Below are positions 21,329-31,499 of a DNA stretch of 64,000 nt, in pieces. Position 1 is the stretch's first letter. Each line of letters begins with the position of its first letter. The stretch spans positions 1,184,001-1,248,000 of the forward strand of contig CAVYGB010000010.1 of the NCBI GenBank assembly GCA_963767925.1. The letters run 5' to 3'. Both the position numbers and the translations under genes were made by a program. This stretch comes from an uncultured delta proteobacterium (GTDB taxonomy: Bacteria; Myxococcota_A; Polyangia; Fen-1088). The notes below the pieces were generated by a model that was not told the DNA's origin, made no database searches, and was given only the letters and a program-made list of their open reading frames with translations.

Positions 21329-23104
21329 GTGGAGATTGGATCGAAGCCGCGGGACGCCCGCAGCCAGGCGCTGCTGGCGGACCTGCGGGCGCTCATCCTG
21401 GCCGAGCAGGCGGCGGGCAGGGACAAGGTCCTGTCGGTCTGGCGGCGGCCCTTGCTCGACAAGGTCCAGACGGGCTGGACCCAGCGCTTCGTCAGCCTCG
21501 AGCGGGCAGACGAGGGCGACACGCTGTGGGCCTGGCCCGACGGCGGCGAGTCGCGCTTCCGCGAGGGCGACCTGCTGGTGCTGCACGCGGGCGACCCGAG
21601 CGGCGGGTGGCTGGCCCGTTCGCTCAGCTTCGAGCTCGAAGAGGAGGACCGCTGGCTCCTGCGCGGGGAGGAGGTGCGGCAGCTCTGGCACCGCCACGAC
21701 GGCGGGCCCACCTTCGCCGATCCCGACGCCATCGACCTCACCGACCGGTACCTGAACGCGCTCGACCACATCGCCGCCTCGGCGTTCGGCCGGGACGTGC
21801 TGCTGCCGCTGCTCACCGGGGACCTCACGCCGCAGTTCTTTCCGGCCGAGCTGGCCGAGGGGGAGCGCTGGGCGCGCGCCGAGGGGTGCAATCCCCAGCA
21901 AGCCCTGGCCGTCGCCACCGCCTTCGCCGCCGAGAGCGTCGCCTGCATCCAGGGCCCACCGGGCACCGGCAAGACGCGGGTCCTGGCCCTGATCGCCCGG
22001 CTGGCGGCCGCCCGGGGTGAGCGCCTGCTCGTCACCTCGCCCACCCACACGGCCATCAACCACGCCCTGGCCGGGATCGCCGCCCAGGGCCTCCCGGTGG
22101 TGAAGGTCGGGCAGCCCAGCCAGCGCCGCGGGCTGCCCGAGCAGGTCCCCTGCGTCCCCTCGCTGCACGCCTGGGCCGACCGCCCGAGCCACGGCTACGT
22201 TGTCGGCGCCACGCCCTTCGCCGCGGCGGGGGAGCGGCTGAAGAACTACGAGTTCGACACCCTGCTGGTGGACGAAGCCAGTCAGATGACCGTCCCCCTG
22301 GCGCTGCTGGCCATGAGCCGCGCGCGGCGGTTCGTCTTCATCGGTGACCAGCGACAGTTGCCGCCCGTGCTGCTCTCGCGCTCGATTCTCTGCGGCGACC
22401 CACCCTCGGTGTTCGCCCGGCTGACCGCGCAGAACGCCGACCACAACGTCCTGCTCGAGGAGACCTATCGCCTCAATCGCTGGCTGACCGACTGGCCCAG
22501 CCGCCACCACTACGGCGGCCGGCTGCGCGCGGTCGGCCCGAATCGGGAGCGGCGCCTGACCCTGACGGGCCTGCCGGCGCGCTGGCAGGCGGTGCTCGGG
22601 CCCGAGCACAGCGCCGTCTTCATCCCGACCCGCGATCGCACCGCCCGCGTGCGCAACCAGCCGGACGCCGACCTGGTGGCCGACCTGTGCGCCGCCGCGG
22701 TGGCCGGCGGCCTGCCCCCCGCGAGCATCGGGGTCGTGACGCCTTACCGCGCGCAGGGCCGAGCGGTCCGCACGGCCCTCCTGCGGCGGCTCGGTCCGGC
22801 CAGCGCCCGCCCGATCGTCGCGGACACGGTCGAGCGCCTGCAGGGCCAGGAGCGCGAGCTGATCCTCGTCTCGCTGGCCAGCGGCGACGCCGGCTTCATC
22901 GCCCGCGTGGCGGGCTTTCTCTTTCGACCGGAGCGCCTGAACGTCGCGATCACCCGGGCCATGACCAAGCTGGTGCTCATCGGACCGAAGCTCGGCGGCT
23001 CCGACTCCGATCCCGCCCCCGACCTCCTGACCGACGAGACAACCCAGCGCTGGGTGGACCACTACCGCGACCTCGTCGCCCACTGCCACGAGGTGGTCCT
23101 CTAG
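21329..23104 (+). CDS. superfamily 1B (DNA2/NAM7/Upf1-like) helicase
   Basis: QGPPGTGKT, DEASQ, GDQRQLPPV, TYRL, TPYRAQ, TVERLQGQE, RLNVAITRA. Confidence 0.92.
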   Translation: MEIGSKPRDARSQALLADLRALILAEQAAGRDKVLSVWRRPLLDKVQTGWTQRFVSLERADEGDTLWAWPDGGESRFREGDLLVLHAGDPSGGWLARSLSFELEEEDRWLLRGEEVRQLWHRHDGGPTFADPDAIDLTDRYLNALDHIAASAFGRDVLLPLLTGDLTPQFFPAELAEGERWARAEGCNPQQALAVATAFAAESVACIQGPPGTGKTRVLALIARLAAARGERLLVTSPTHTAINHALAGIAAQGLPVVKVGQPSQRRGLPEQVPCVPSLHAWADRPSHGYVVGATPFAAAGERLKNYEFDTLLVDEASQMTVPLALLAMSRARRFVFIGDQRQLPPVLLSRSILCGDPPSVFARLTAQNADHNVLLEETYRLNRWLTDWPSRHHYGGRLRAVGPNRERRLTLTGLPARWQAVLGPEHSAVFIPTRDRTARVRNQPDADLVADLCAAAVAGGLPPASIGVVTPYRAQGRAVRTALLRRLGPASARPIVADTVERLQGQERELILVSLASGDAGFIARVAGFLFRPERLNVAITRAMTKLVLIGPKLGGSDSDPAPDLLTDETTQRWVDHYRDLVAHCHEVVL

Positions 23105-23105
23105 C

Positions 23106-25145
23106 GTGGCCCGCTTCATCCCCGAGTGGGTGAAGGTCTCCGGGCCCCACCTCCACCTGAAACGGCTGCTCACCCCGCTCGACGACGACCACCTCGTGCG
23201 CCGGCCGATGCGATCCGACCTGCGCGCGCCGGACCTGTTCCTCCAGCGCAGCGAGGGCGGGTGGCTGGCCCTCGCCCTCTGCCACGACCCGTTCGCCGAG
23301 ATCGATCCGCTGCGCCTGTTCGCGGGCGACGGCCAGGCCCGCCTGCAGCAGCGCCTCGCCGACCTGGACCGCCTGGACGGCGTGCCCGCACCCCTCAGCC
23401 GCGCGGTGGGCAAGCTGCTGGTGCTGTGGAGCTGCTCCCCCGACGAGGCGGCGCGCCTGGCGCGGCATCACGACGGCCGCTTCGCCGTGCGCATCGTCGC
23501 GCGCGACGAGCTCGCCGGGCTCGACTGGGCGGCCCTGCTGGCCCGCCCGGCAGCGGCCGCCGACCCGGAGCAGGTGACGGCCGCCCTGCTGGGCCGCTAT
23601 TTCCCGGAGGCCGAGATCCCCGCGCCCTGCATCGCCCGACGGTCCTTCTACCGGGACAACCGGGCCGGGCTGGAGCGGTACTTCCTCGACGGCGATCAAG
23701 AATGGACCGCCAAGCTCGACCTGGAGACCCCGGCGGAGCAGGGGCAGACCGCCGCCGATCTGTCGGTCCGGCTGGTCAACGGCGTCGCCGGCAGCGGCAA
23801 GACGGTCATCGCGATAAGCCGCGCGCGGATGCTGGCCGAGCGGTTTCCGTCGGATCGGGTGCTGCTGCTGATCCACAACACCCCGGTGGTGGCCGATCTG
23901 CGCCAGAAGCTGGCGCGCGCGCTGGGCCGGCTGCCGCCGCGGCTGGAGATCGTGACCTTCTTCGCCTGGGCCCTCGGCCGCTGGCGGGCCCGCTTCGGCG
24001 CGGACCCCGCACCGGTTCATCGCTCGGAGGTCATCGCGCAGATAGCGCGAAAGCGGGGGCGCTGGCCGGGGCTGCGGCCCGACGACGGCCAGCTCCTCGA
24101 CGAGCTGGACTTCATCAACGAGTCCCTGATCGCCGGCGAGCCGGAGTATCTGACGGCCAGGCGCGCCGGCCGGGGCTTCGCCCTGCGGCCGGCCGAGCGC
24201 GCCGCGGTCTGGGCGCTGTACCAGCACGTCACCCAGGACCTGCGGGCGTCCGGGCAGCGCCTGTGGAGCGCCATCCCGCACGAGCTCGCCCTCGCCCCCG
24301 GCGGCGCCGAGGGCCTGGAGCGCTTCCGCCACATCCTCGTCGACGAGGCCCAGTTCTTCGCCCCGTCCTGGTTCCAGGTGGTCAAGCAGGCCATGCGCCC
24401 CGGGGGCCACCTGTTCATGTGCGCCGACCCGAACCAGGGCTTTCTCAAGAGCCGCCTGAGCTGGAAGAGCGCCGGCCTGGAGGTGGCCGGGCGGACCAAG
24501 AAGCTGCGCCGCTCTTACCGGACCACCCGGGCCATCCTGGAAGCCAGCAGCAGCATCCTCGGCCATCTCGCCGCCGCGGACGCCGAGGACTACCTGCGTC
24601 CCGACCTGGCGGCGATGGAGCCGGGCGAGCCGCCGCTGGTCATCTACACGGCCTCGCCCCAGGACAGCGTGGAGCGCGCGAGCAACGAGGTGATGATGCT
24701 CGCGCAACGGCGACAGCTCCCGCTGGGCGGCATGCTGCTGGTCTACGGCGACGGGATCCCGAAGGAGGACCTCTACCGGCAGCTCACCCAGCGGCTCGCC
24801 CCCCCGGCCGTCTGGTGGCTGAACCACCCCCAGCAGAAGAAGGGGCCGCCGCCCGGCGGTGCCGACGACCACCTGCGCCTGGCCCACGTGAGCACCGCAA
24901 CCGGCCTGGAAGGCGCCGTCGTGTTCCTGCTCGGCGTCGAGAACCTCTTTTCCCGGGAAGCGCCCAGCGACCCGCCGACCGAAGCCGCCGCCGCCCAGCA
25001 CGAGGCGAACGCCCGCAAGCTGTACATGGCGATGACCCGCGCCGCCCAGCGCCTGATCCTCCTCTCCTGCCGCCCGCTCCCTCCCGCCATGGAACGGTGG
25101 TTCACGGTGTGCGACGCCCCGCCAGCCACCCCCTTGCCGCCCTGA
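23106..25145 (+). CDS. superfamily 1A (UvrD/Rep-like) helicase with an N-terminal extension
   Basis: GVAGSGKT, VDEAQFF, ADPNQ, SYRTT, ATGLE, LYMAMTRA; starts 1 nt after the upstream stop. Confidence 0.9.
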   Translation: MARFIPEWVKVSGPHLHLKRLLTPLDDDHLVRRPMRSDLRAPDLFLQRSEGGWLALALCHDPFAEIDPLRLFAGDGQARLQQRLADLDRLDGVPAPLSRAVGKLLVLWSCSPDEAARLARHHDGRFAVRIVARDELAGLDWAALLARPAAAADPEQVTAALLGRYFPEAEIPAPCIARRSFYRDNRAGLERYFLDGDQEWTAKLDLETPAEQGQTAADLSVRLVNGVAGSGKTVIAISRARMLAERFPSDRVLLLIHNTPVVADLRQKLARALGRLPPRLEIVTFFAWALGRWRARFGADPAPVHRSEVIAQIARKRGRWPGLRPDDGQLLDELDFINESLIAGEPEYLTARRAGRGFALRPAERAAVWALYQHVTQDLRASGQRLWSAIPHELALAPGGAEGLERFRHILVDEAQFFAPSWFQVVKQAMRPGGHLFMCADPNQGFLKSRLSWKSAGLEVAGRTKKLRRSYRTTRAILEASSSILGHLAAADAEDYLRPDLAAMEPGEPPLVIYTASPQDSVERASNEVMMLAQRRQLPLGGMLLVYGDGIPKEDLYRQLTQRLAPPAVWWLNHPQQKKGPPPGGADDHLRLAHVSTATGLEGAVVFLLGVENLFSREAPSDPPTEAAAAQHEANARKLYMAMTRAAQRLILLSCRPLPPAMERWFTVCDAPPATPLPP

Positions 25146-25449
25146 AACGACCCGCCCGACGGCAGCGACAGGCCCTTCGGCGCCGCCCGACGGTCCTTTT
25201 CCACCCTCCCCGCGATCGAGCCGGCGGGTCCCGCTCGCCGGTCAACCGAGGCTCAACCGCGAATCGTGGAGACCAGGTTGCCAGGTTCGGCCCGTCCCTC
25301 TGCGAGCTCCGCCGTTGGCTGGGCGGCTGCGCGGCCCCCGAGGGGAGCCTTCGCCGCGGGATCCCCTGACCTTTTCCCGGGTCCACCGGCGGGTCGGGCG
25401 GGGGGCGGCGGCCGTCAAGACGGGTGCCCCTTCCACCGATGGATCGAGG

Positions 25450-27921
25450 GTGGGGCTGCTGCTTTTCCTCTACGTCCTGTCGGGGGCGAGCGGGCTGACC
25501 TTCGAGATCTTGTGGGCCCGGCAGCTCGGCACGGTGCTGGGCGCGACGACCCAGGCGATGGCCACGGTGATCGCCGTGTTCATGGCGGGGCTGGCCGGGG
25601 GCGGCGTGGTGGGGGCGCGGCTGGCGGGGCGGGTCGAGCGGCCGCTGCGGGTGTATGGCGTGGTCGAGCTGGCCATCGCCGCGGTGGCGGTCGGCGTCTG
25701 CCACCTGCTGCCGGCGCTGGAGGCGTTGCCCTCGCTGCCCGCGCGATACGGGGTGTCCCTGCTGGCCCTGCTCGTGCCGAGCGCGCTGATGGGCCTGACC
25801 TTCCCGCTCGTCGTCGAGGCCTTCGGGCGCCGCAGCGGGGGCCGGCCCGCCGGCAGCGGGATGCTCTACGGGCTCAACACCGTCGGCGCGGCGCTGGGCT
25901 GCCTGGCGGCGGGGTACCTGGGCATCGGGTTCCTGGGGGTCCGGGACACCGGCCTCGTCGCGGCCGGCTTGAACCTGGTCTGTGGCGTCGGGGCGCTCCT
26001 GCTGGCTTCGGAGTGGGGCGCGCAGGGCCGGCCGTCTGGCGGCGCGCGGGACGAGACGGCGCTTCCGACAACCGGGACGGACGGCAGCTCGTTCGTGGCC
26101 CGGGTGGGCCCCCAGCCGGTGGTGCTGGCGGTGGCCTTCGGTTGCGGGGCGGTGGGGCTGGCGACCGAGGTGCTATGGACGCGCGCGTTGATCCCGTACC
26201 TCAACTCCAGCACCTACGCCTTCACGGCCATCCTCACCGTGTTCCTGCTGGCGCTGGCCGGGGGGGCGGGGGCCACCTGGCGCTGGGCGGGGATGGCGGC
26301 GCCGGCGCGGGCGGGGGCGGCGCTTGTGATCCTCGAGGTGGTGCTCTGCCTCGGCATCGCGATCTCGCCCCGGCAGATGGAGCTCATCGAGGGGCTGTTC
26401 GAGGGATATGTCGGCGTGCGCCGGGTGATGAGCGTCGAGCAGTGGCTGGTCACGGTGGGGGGGGTGTTCTGGCGGGCGCTGGCGGTGATCGGGCTGCCCG
26501 CCTTGCTGATGGGGGCGTCGTTCCCGCTGTGCCTCCGGCTGTTGCCCGACGGGGGGCGAGGCGGGCGGGGGGCGGGGCTCCTGGCCGCGGCCAACACCTG
26601 CGGGGGGATCGTGGGGTCGGTGGGGGCGGGCTTCGTGCTGCTGCCGGCGCTCGGCGTGCTCGATGGGCTGCAGGTCTGCGCTGCGCTCTGCCTGCTCATC
26701 GCCCTGGCCCTCACCTTCGGGTACCCCGAGGGCGGCGGGACCCGGGCCGGCCGGGCCTACTTTCCCCCGGTGGTGGGCCTGGCCGCGATCGGGCTGGTCC
26801 TGCTGGCGAGCCGGGGCAGCGTCCCCTTCGTCGGGCGCCTGGCGGCGGATCACCGGCTGGTGCTGCTCGACGAGGGGCCGCAGGACACGACCGCGGTGGT
26901 CGACGTCCACGCCGGCGGCGGGCGGGCGCAGCGGCTCATCTATTCGAACGGCATCTCCTACACCGGCGACAACGCCCCCAGCCGCCGGTACATGCGCCTG
27001 CTCGGCCACCTGCCCGCGCTGCTGGCCGACGATCCGGAGAGCAGCCTCGTTATCTGCATCGGCACCGGCATGACCGCGGCGGCGCTGAGCCGCCACCCGG
27101 AGGTCCGGACGCTGGAGCTGGTCGACATCTCGCCGGTTGTGCACCGGACGCTGCCGCTGTTCGCGCACGTCAACGACCGCGTCTTCACCGACCCGCGGGT
27201 TGTCATCCGGAAGGCCGATGGCCGCCAGTTCATGGGCCGCGCGCCGCGGGCCTACGGCGTGATCACCCTCGAGCCGCCGCCCCCGCGCGCGGCGGGCGCG
27301 GCCAGCCTGTACACCGTCGAGATGTACCAGCGCGCGCGCCTGGCCCTGCGCCCCGGGGGGGTCATCGCCCAGTGGCTGCCGCTGCACGGCCTCTCGGACG
27401 GCGAGCTGCGCCTGCTGGCCCGCAGCTTCCTGGCCGTGTTCCCCGACGCCGCGCTCTTCCTGCTGAACCCGGACGAGGCCGCGCTGGTCGGCTCGCCGAC
27501 CCCGCTGGTCCTCGACCTCCCCCGCCTGCACGCCCGCCTCGCCGCCCCCGGCGTGCAGCAGAGCCTGCGGGCCATCGGCTTTGCGGGCAGCGACCCCCGC
27601 GCCCTCGCCGTGGAGATCCTCGCCCTGGCCCCCCTGCACGGCGCCGCCCTCGCCGCCTTCATCGGTCCCGGCCCGCTGGTCACCGACGACCGTCCCCTCG
27701 TCGAATCTTTCGCCGCCGCCCTCTCGCTCGACGCCGCGCCAGCCCCCGCGGCCCGCCCCGCGCCGGCCCCCACCTCCGAAGGCGAAGACGAGCCCGGGCG
27801 CGCGGCGTTCATCCAGCGCCTGCTCGCCACCCCCTGGATACCTCTACCCGCCGCCGGCGCCCAACCCCCTGCCCTCTCCGCCGGCTTCGCCCACCTCCGC
27901 CAGACGCTCTCGCCGCCTTGA
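25450..27921 (+). CDS. fused membrane (MFS-like) / spermidine synthase-like protein
   Basis: SGASGLTFEILWAR, LMGLTFP, LYGLNTVGA, AANTCGGIVG in a multi-TM N-terminus; ICIGTGMT, VDISP, DGRQF, LYTVEMY, GGVIAQWLP in the SAM domain. Start uncertain (ORF open from 25315). Confidence 0.88.
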   Translation: MGLLLFLYVLSGASGLTFEILWARQLGTVLGATTQAMATVIAVFMAGLAGGGVVGARLAGRVERPLRVYGVVELAIAAVAVGVCHLLPALEALPSLPARYGVSLLALLVPSALMGLTFPLVVEAFGRRSGGRPAGSGMLYGLNTVGAALGCLAAGYLGIGFLGVRDTGLVAAGLNLVCGVGALLLASEWGAQGRPSGGARDETALPTTGTDGSSFVARVGPQPVVLAVAFGCGAVGLATEVLWTRALIPYLNSSTYAFTAILTVFLLALAGGAGATWRWAGMAAPARAGAALVILEVVLCLGIAISPRQMELIEGLFEGYVGVRRVMSVEQWLVTVGGVFWRALAVIGLPALLMGASFPLCLRLLPDGGRGGRGAGLLAAANTCGGIVGSVGAGFVLLPALGVLDGLQVCAALCLLIALALTFGYPEGGGTRAGRAYFPPVVGLAAIGLVLLASRGSVPFVGRLAADHRLVLLDEGPQDTTAVVDVHAGGGRAQRLIYSNGISYTGDNAPSRRYMRLLGHLPALLADDPESSLVICIGTGMTAAALSRHPEVRTLELVDISPVVHRTLPLFAHVNDRVFTDPRVVIRKADGRQFMGRAPRAYGVITLEPPPPRAAGAASLYTVEMYQRARLALRPGGVIAQWLPLHGLSDGELRLLARSFLAVFPDAALFLLNPDEAALVGSPTPLVLDLPRLHARLAAPGVQQSLRAIGFAGSDPRALAVEILALAPLHGAALAAFIGPGPLVTDDRPLVESFAAALSLDAAPAPAARPAPAPTSEGEDEPGRAAFIQRLLATPWIPLPAAGAQPPALSAGFAHLRQTLSPP

Positions 27922-28240
27922 TCACGCAGGGAGGGACCGTCCGTGAACCTACCGAGCGAGGGAGGCCCCCCGCGCGTGCGCTGAGCGTCCCGGGGGGCGG
28001 GAACGGGGACGCATACGCGGGCGGATGGCGGGAGGCGGGGATCTTCCAGTAGCGCCAGCTCTTCAGGTCAGCGGTGAGGGGGCGGACTTCAGGAGGCGGG
28101 CCACGATCTCGGGCCGTGCATCTGGTGGTAGCGGAGGCGGGGCCGAGTCATGGGTCACCTCGAACGCCGCAAAGAGGAAAGAGCCTATCCGCCCTGCGAA
28201 ACCCTATCACCTCCGAATACGACGGATCACCGGGGCGGGT

Positions 28241-28282
28241 TTCGAGAGGCAGGGCGGAGAGCCGGGCGGGTTGCAGGTTGCA
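28241..28282. promoter_or_regulatory. candidate enhancer (two sites 31 bp apart) for the kdpD operon
   Basis: TTCGAGAGGCA (28241-28251) and TGCAGGTTGCA (28272-28282); mirrors 18547-18588, including the GGGTTTC lead-in. Confidence 0.65.
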
Positions 28283-28325
28283 GCCTGGGGGGGCAACGCG
28301 GGGCTCGCCGGGAGGGGGGCGGCGG

Positions 28326-28341
28326 GGGCACAATGTTTGCG
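28326..28341 (+). promoter_or_regulatory. sigma54 (-24/-12) promoter of the kdpD operon
   Basis: GGGCACAATGTTTGCG matches GGCAC-N5-TTGC, 27 nt upstream of ATG 28369. Confidence 0.75.
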
Positions 28342-28368
28342 TCGGGACGGCCCGGACGCGTTGGACGC

Positions 28369-29538
28369 ATGATCAAGGATCCCAGTCGGGCACGGGCGGA
28401 GGACTTCCTCGAGCTCGTCGAGAAGGGCAAGCGCGGGCGGCTCAAGCTGTACATCGGGTTCGCGGCGGGGGTGGGCAAGACCTACCGGATGCTCGAGGAG
28501 GCGCGTGCGCTGGGCAAGCGGGGGGTGGACGTGGTGCTCGGGTTCGTCGAGCCCCATGGGCGGCCCGAGACGGAGGCCTTGCTGGCCGGGCTGGAGGTGG
28601 TCGGGCGGCGGGCGGTGGCCTACCGGGGGGTGACCATCGAGGAGATGAGCCTCGACAATGTCCTCCGGCGCAATCCTGCCGTCGCCCTCGTCGACGAGCT
28701 GGCCCACACGAATGTCCCCGGCAGCCGCAACAAGAAGCGCTACCAGGACGTGCTCGAGCTGCTGGCGGCCGGGATCAACGTCATCGGGGCCTTCAACGTG
28801 CAGCACCTCGAGAGCCTCAACGACGTCGTCGAGCGGGCGACCGGGGTGGCGGTGCGCGAGACCATCCCCGACAGCTTCCTCAAGCAGGCCGACCAGGTGG
28901 TGAACCTCGACCTCGCCGTCGAGGACCTGCAAGAGCGGCTGCGGGCGGGCAAGATCTACCCGCCGGCCGAGGTCCCCCGGGCGCTCGCCGGCTTCTTCAC
29001 CGAGCGCAACCTGGGCCACCTGCGCGAGCTGGCGCTGCGCGAGGTGGCGGAGAGCCTCGAGCGGGCCAGCGTCTACCAGGCGCCCGAGACCGGCGCGCGC
29101 CCCCTGCCCCCGAGCCGCAGCCGCAGTCGCAGCAGAGTGATGGTCTGCCTCTCTTCCTTCTCCCCCCGGGCCACCTCGCTGCTGCGCAAGGGGTCGCGCC
29201 TGGCCGGCCGCCTGGCCACCGACTGGTTCGTCGTGTTCGTGGAGACGCCCTCGGAGCGGCCCGACAAGATCGACTCGACCGCGCAGCGGCACCTGATGAC
29301 GAGCACCGAGAAGGCGCGCGAGCTGGGGGCGGAGGTGGTGCGCCTGCAGCACGCCGACCCGGTGCTGGCGATCCTGCAGTTTGCCCACTCCCACAACGTC
29401 GGGCACATCGTGGTGGGGCGATCGCAGCGCCCATTCTGGCGGCAGGCCTTCGGGCGCAGCATCCCCCTGCGCCTGGCCAAGCAGGCGGCCGGGTTCGATC
29501 TGCACATCGTCTCGCTCGACGAGGAGCCGCCGCAGTGA
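28369..29538 (+). CDS. kdpD: KdpD N-terminal sensor plus Usp domain (no TM or kinase domain)
   Basis: RGRLKLYIGFAAGVGKTYRML, EPHGRPET, LVDELAHTN, KRYQDV, NVQHLESLND, LRELALR; Usp-like C-terminus HIVVGRS...DLHIV. Confidence 0.9.
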   Translation: MIKDPSRARAEDFLELVEKGKRGRLKLYIGFAAGVGKTYRMLEEARALGKRGVDVVLGFVEPHGRPETEALLAGLEVVGRRAVAYRGVTIEEMSLDNVLRRNPAVALVDELAHTNVPGSRNKKRYQDVLELLAAGINVIGAFNVQHLESLNDVVERATGVAVRETIPDSFLKQADQVVNLDLAVEDLQERLRAGKIYPPAEVPRALAGFFTERNLGHLRELALREVAESLERASVYQAPETGARPLPPSRSRSRSRVMVCLSSFSPRATSLLRKGSRLAGRLATDWFVVFVETPSERPDKIDSTAQRHLMTSTEKARELGAEVVRLQHADPVLAILQFAHSHNVGHIVVGRSQRPFWRQAFGRSIPLRLAKQAAGFDLHIVSLDEEPPQ

Positions 29539-31415
29539 GGCTCAGGACCAAGCTTGTCATCGCCCAGATCCCGCTGGCGCTGGCCCTGGCGGCCACGGGG
29601 CTGTTCTCGGGGTTCCTCACCAACCGGCTGGGCGACGCCGCCCACCGCATCCTCGCCGACAACCACCGCAGCGTCCTCTCGGCCCAGCGGATGAAGGCCC
29701 TGCTCGACCGGACCGACCGCCTCGGCCAGGCGGCGCTGGCCGCGGGCGCGCCGGCCCTGCCGCCGGAGGTGGCCACCCTCCGCGCGGGGTTCGAGCGAGC
29801 GCTGCGGGCGCAGGAGGGGAACATCACCGAGCCGGGGGAGCGGGAGGCCACCGCCCGCCTGCGCGCCCGCTGGGACGCCCACCGGGCCGCCCTCGACCGC
29901 TACCCGTCCCTGGCCGCCGGCGCGGATCCGCCCGCTGCCTATTTGCGCCTGCTGGCCGCGCCGAGCGACGCCGTGAAGGACAGCGCCGAGGAGATCCTGG
30001 CCATCAACCAGGACGCGATGGTGCGCAAGGGCGAGCGGGCCCAGCGTCGGGCCGAGGAGTTCCAGGTCTTGCTGCTGCTGGCGGTCCTGCTGGCCGCCCT
30101 GCTGGGGCTGCTGGCCTCGATCGGGCTGACCAGCCGGACCCTGCGGCCGGTCGGGATCGTGGCGGCGGCGGTGCGGCGCTTCGGCCAGGGGGATCTGGCG
30201 GCCCGGGCCCGGGTGGGCGGCGGCGATGAGATCGCCCAGCTCGCGGGCGAGTTCAACACCATGGCCGACCGGCTCGAGCGCTACCGGCGCAGCTCGCTGG
30301 GCGAGCTGCTGCAAGCCCAGCAGGCGGCCCAGGCCGCCATCGACGGGCTACCCGACCCGGTGGTGCTGCTGGAGGCGAGCGGCAAGCTGCTGGGGGTGAA
30401 CACCGCCGCCGTCACCGTGCTGGGGATCGACGCCGAGCGGAGCACCGGCGATCCGCTGGCGGTCGTCGACCCCGGCATCCGGGTGGTGCTCGATCGCTTC
30501 CGGGCACACGCCGTGGGCGGCAAGGGGCCCTACCTGCCGCGGGGGTACGAGGAGGCGGTCCGCCTGACCCCGCCGGGGGGCGAGCGGATCTTCCTGCCCC
30601 GGGCCACCCCCATCTACGGCGAGTCGGGCGAGGTCACCGGGGTGGCGGTCGTCTACCAGGACATCACCCGGCTGTTTCGCTTCGACGAGCTGAAGAACAA
30701 CCTCGTGGCGACGGTGGCCCACGAGTTCCGCACCCCGCTCACGTCGCTGCGGATGGCGATCCACCTCTGCCTCGAGGAGGCGGTGGGGCCGCTCACCGCC
30801 AAGCAGACCGACCTGCTGGGCGCCGCCCGCGAGGACTGCAACCGCCTGCAGGACATCGTCGACGACCTGCTGAACCTGTCGCGCATCGAATCGGGGCGGA
30901 TCGACCTGCACCGCCGCCGCCTGACCGCCCAGGCGCTGATCGACCAGGCCCTCGACGTGCACCGCCTGGCGGCCGAGGACCACCACCTGCGCCTGCGCCC
31001 CCAGGTGGCGCCCGGCTGCCCCGAGGCCTTCGCCGATCCCGACCGGCTGCAGCTCGTGTTCAGCAACCTCATCGCCAACGCCATCCGCTATTCGCCGCCC
31101 GAGGGGGAGATCCGGGTGACCGCCCGGCCCGAGCAGCCGCCGCCCGACGACCGCCCCGACCGCCACACCCTGGATCGCCCCGGCTGGATCCGCTTCGAGG
31201 TCATCGATCAGGGCCCCGGGATCGCCCTGCAGCACCAGTCCGGCCTGTTCGAGAAGTTCTTCCGCGTCCCCGGCAGCCCCGAGGGCGGCTCCGGCCTGGG
31301 CCTCTTCATCGCCCGCGGCATCGTCCAGGCCCACGGCGGCCAGATCGGCCTGCGCAGCGAGCCCGCCCAGGGCACCACCTTCTGGTTCACCGTCCCCGCC
31401 GCCGAACAGCCGTGA
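29535..31415 (+). CDS. membrane sensor histidine kinase (TM-sensor-TM-HAMP-PAS-HisKA-HATPase; KinB-like)
   Basis: GTG overlaps the kdpD TGA; DEIAQLAGEFNTMA (HAMP), AHEFRTPLTS, NLIANAIRY, DQGPGI, GSGLGL. Confidence 0.92.
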   Translation: MRLRTKLVIAQIPLALALAATGLFSGFLTNRLGDAAHRILADNHRSVLSAQRMKALLDRTDRLGQAALAAGAPALPPEVATLRAGFERALRAQEGNITEPGEREATARLRARWDAHRAALDRYPSLAAGADPPAAYLRLLAAPSDAVKDSAEEILAINQDAMVRKGERAQRRAEEFQVLLLLAVLLAALLGLLASIGLTSRTLRPVGIVAAAVRRFGQGDLAARARVGGGDEIAQLAGEFNTMADRLERYRRSSLGELLQAQQAAQAAIDGLPDPVVLLEASGKLLGVNTAAVTVLGIDAERSTGDPLAVVDPGIRVVLDRFRAHAVGGKGPYLPRGYEEAVRLTPPGGERIFLPRATPIYGESGEVTGVAVVYQDITRLFRFDELKNNLVATVAHEFRTPLTSLRMAIHLCLEEAVGPLTAKQTDLLGAAREDCNRLQDIVDDLLNLSRIESGRIDLHRRRLTAQALIDQALDVHRLAAEDHHLRLRPQVAPGCPEAFADPDRLQLVFSNLIANAIRYSPPEGEIRVTARPEQPPPDDRPDRHTLDRPGWIRFEVIDQGPGIALQHQSGLFEKFFRVPGSPEGGSGLGLFIARGIVQAHGGQIGLRSEPAQGTTFWFTVPAAEQP

Positions 31416-31499
31416 ACGGCGGCCTCGGTCCCGGCGGCGGGGCCCGGACGCCCGACCTACCCCTCGGATATGGGAACAGGCAAGTTGGTACGGCGGATC

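Noticed and set aside
18543..28283. The shared 47-bp motif as an att site or target duplication of a 9.7-kb island
   Set aside because: Only the two boxes are conserved while the 17-bp spacer differs, each copy has its own sigma54 motif at a matching distance, and there is no integrase; a regulator site fits better.
28074..31415. 1113-aa full-length KdpD-like kinase
   Set aside because: The first 487 codons are an off-frame reading of kdpD. A GTGA start/stop overlap at 29535-29538 followed by an N-terminal TM helix supports two genes.
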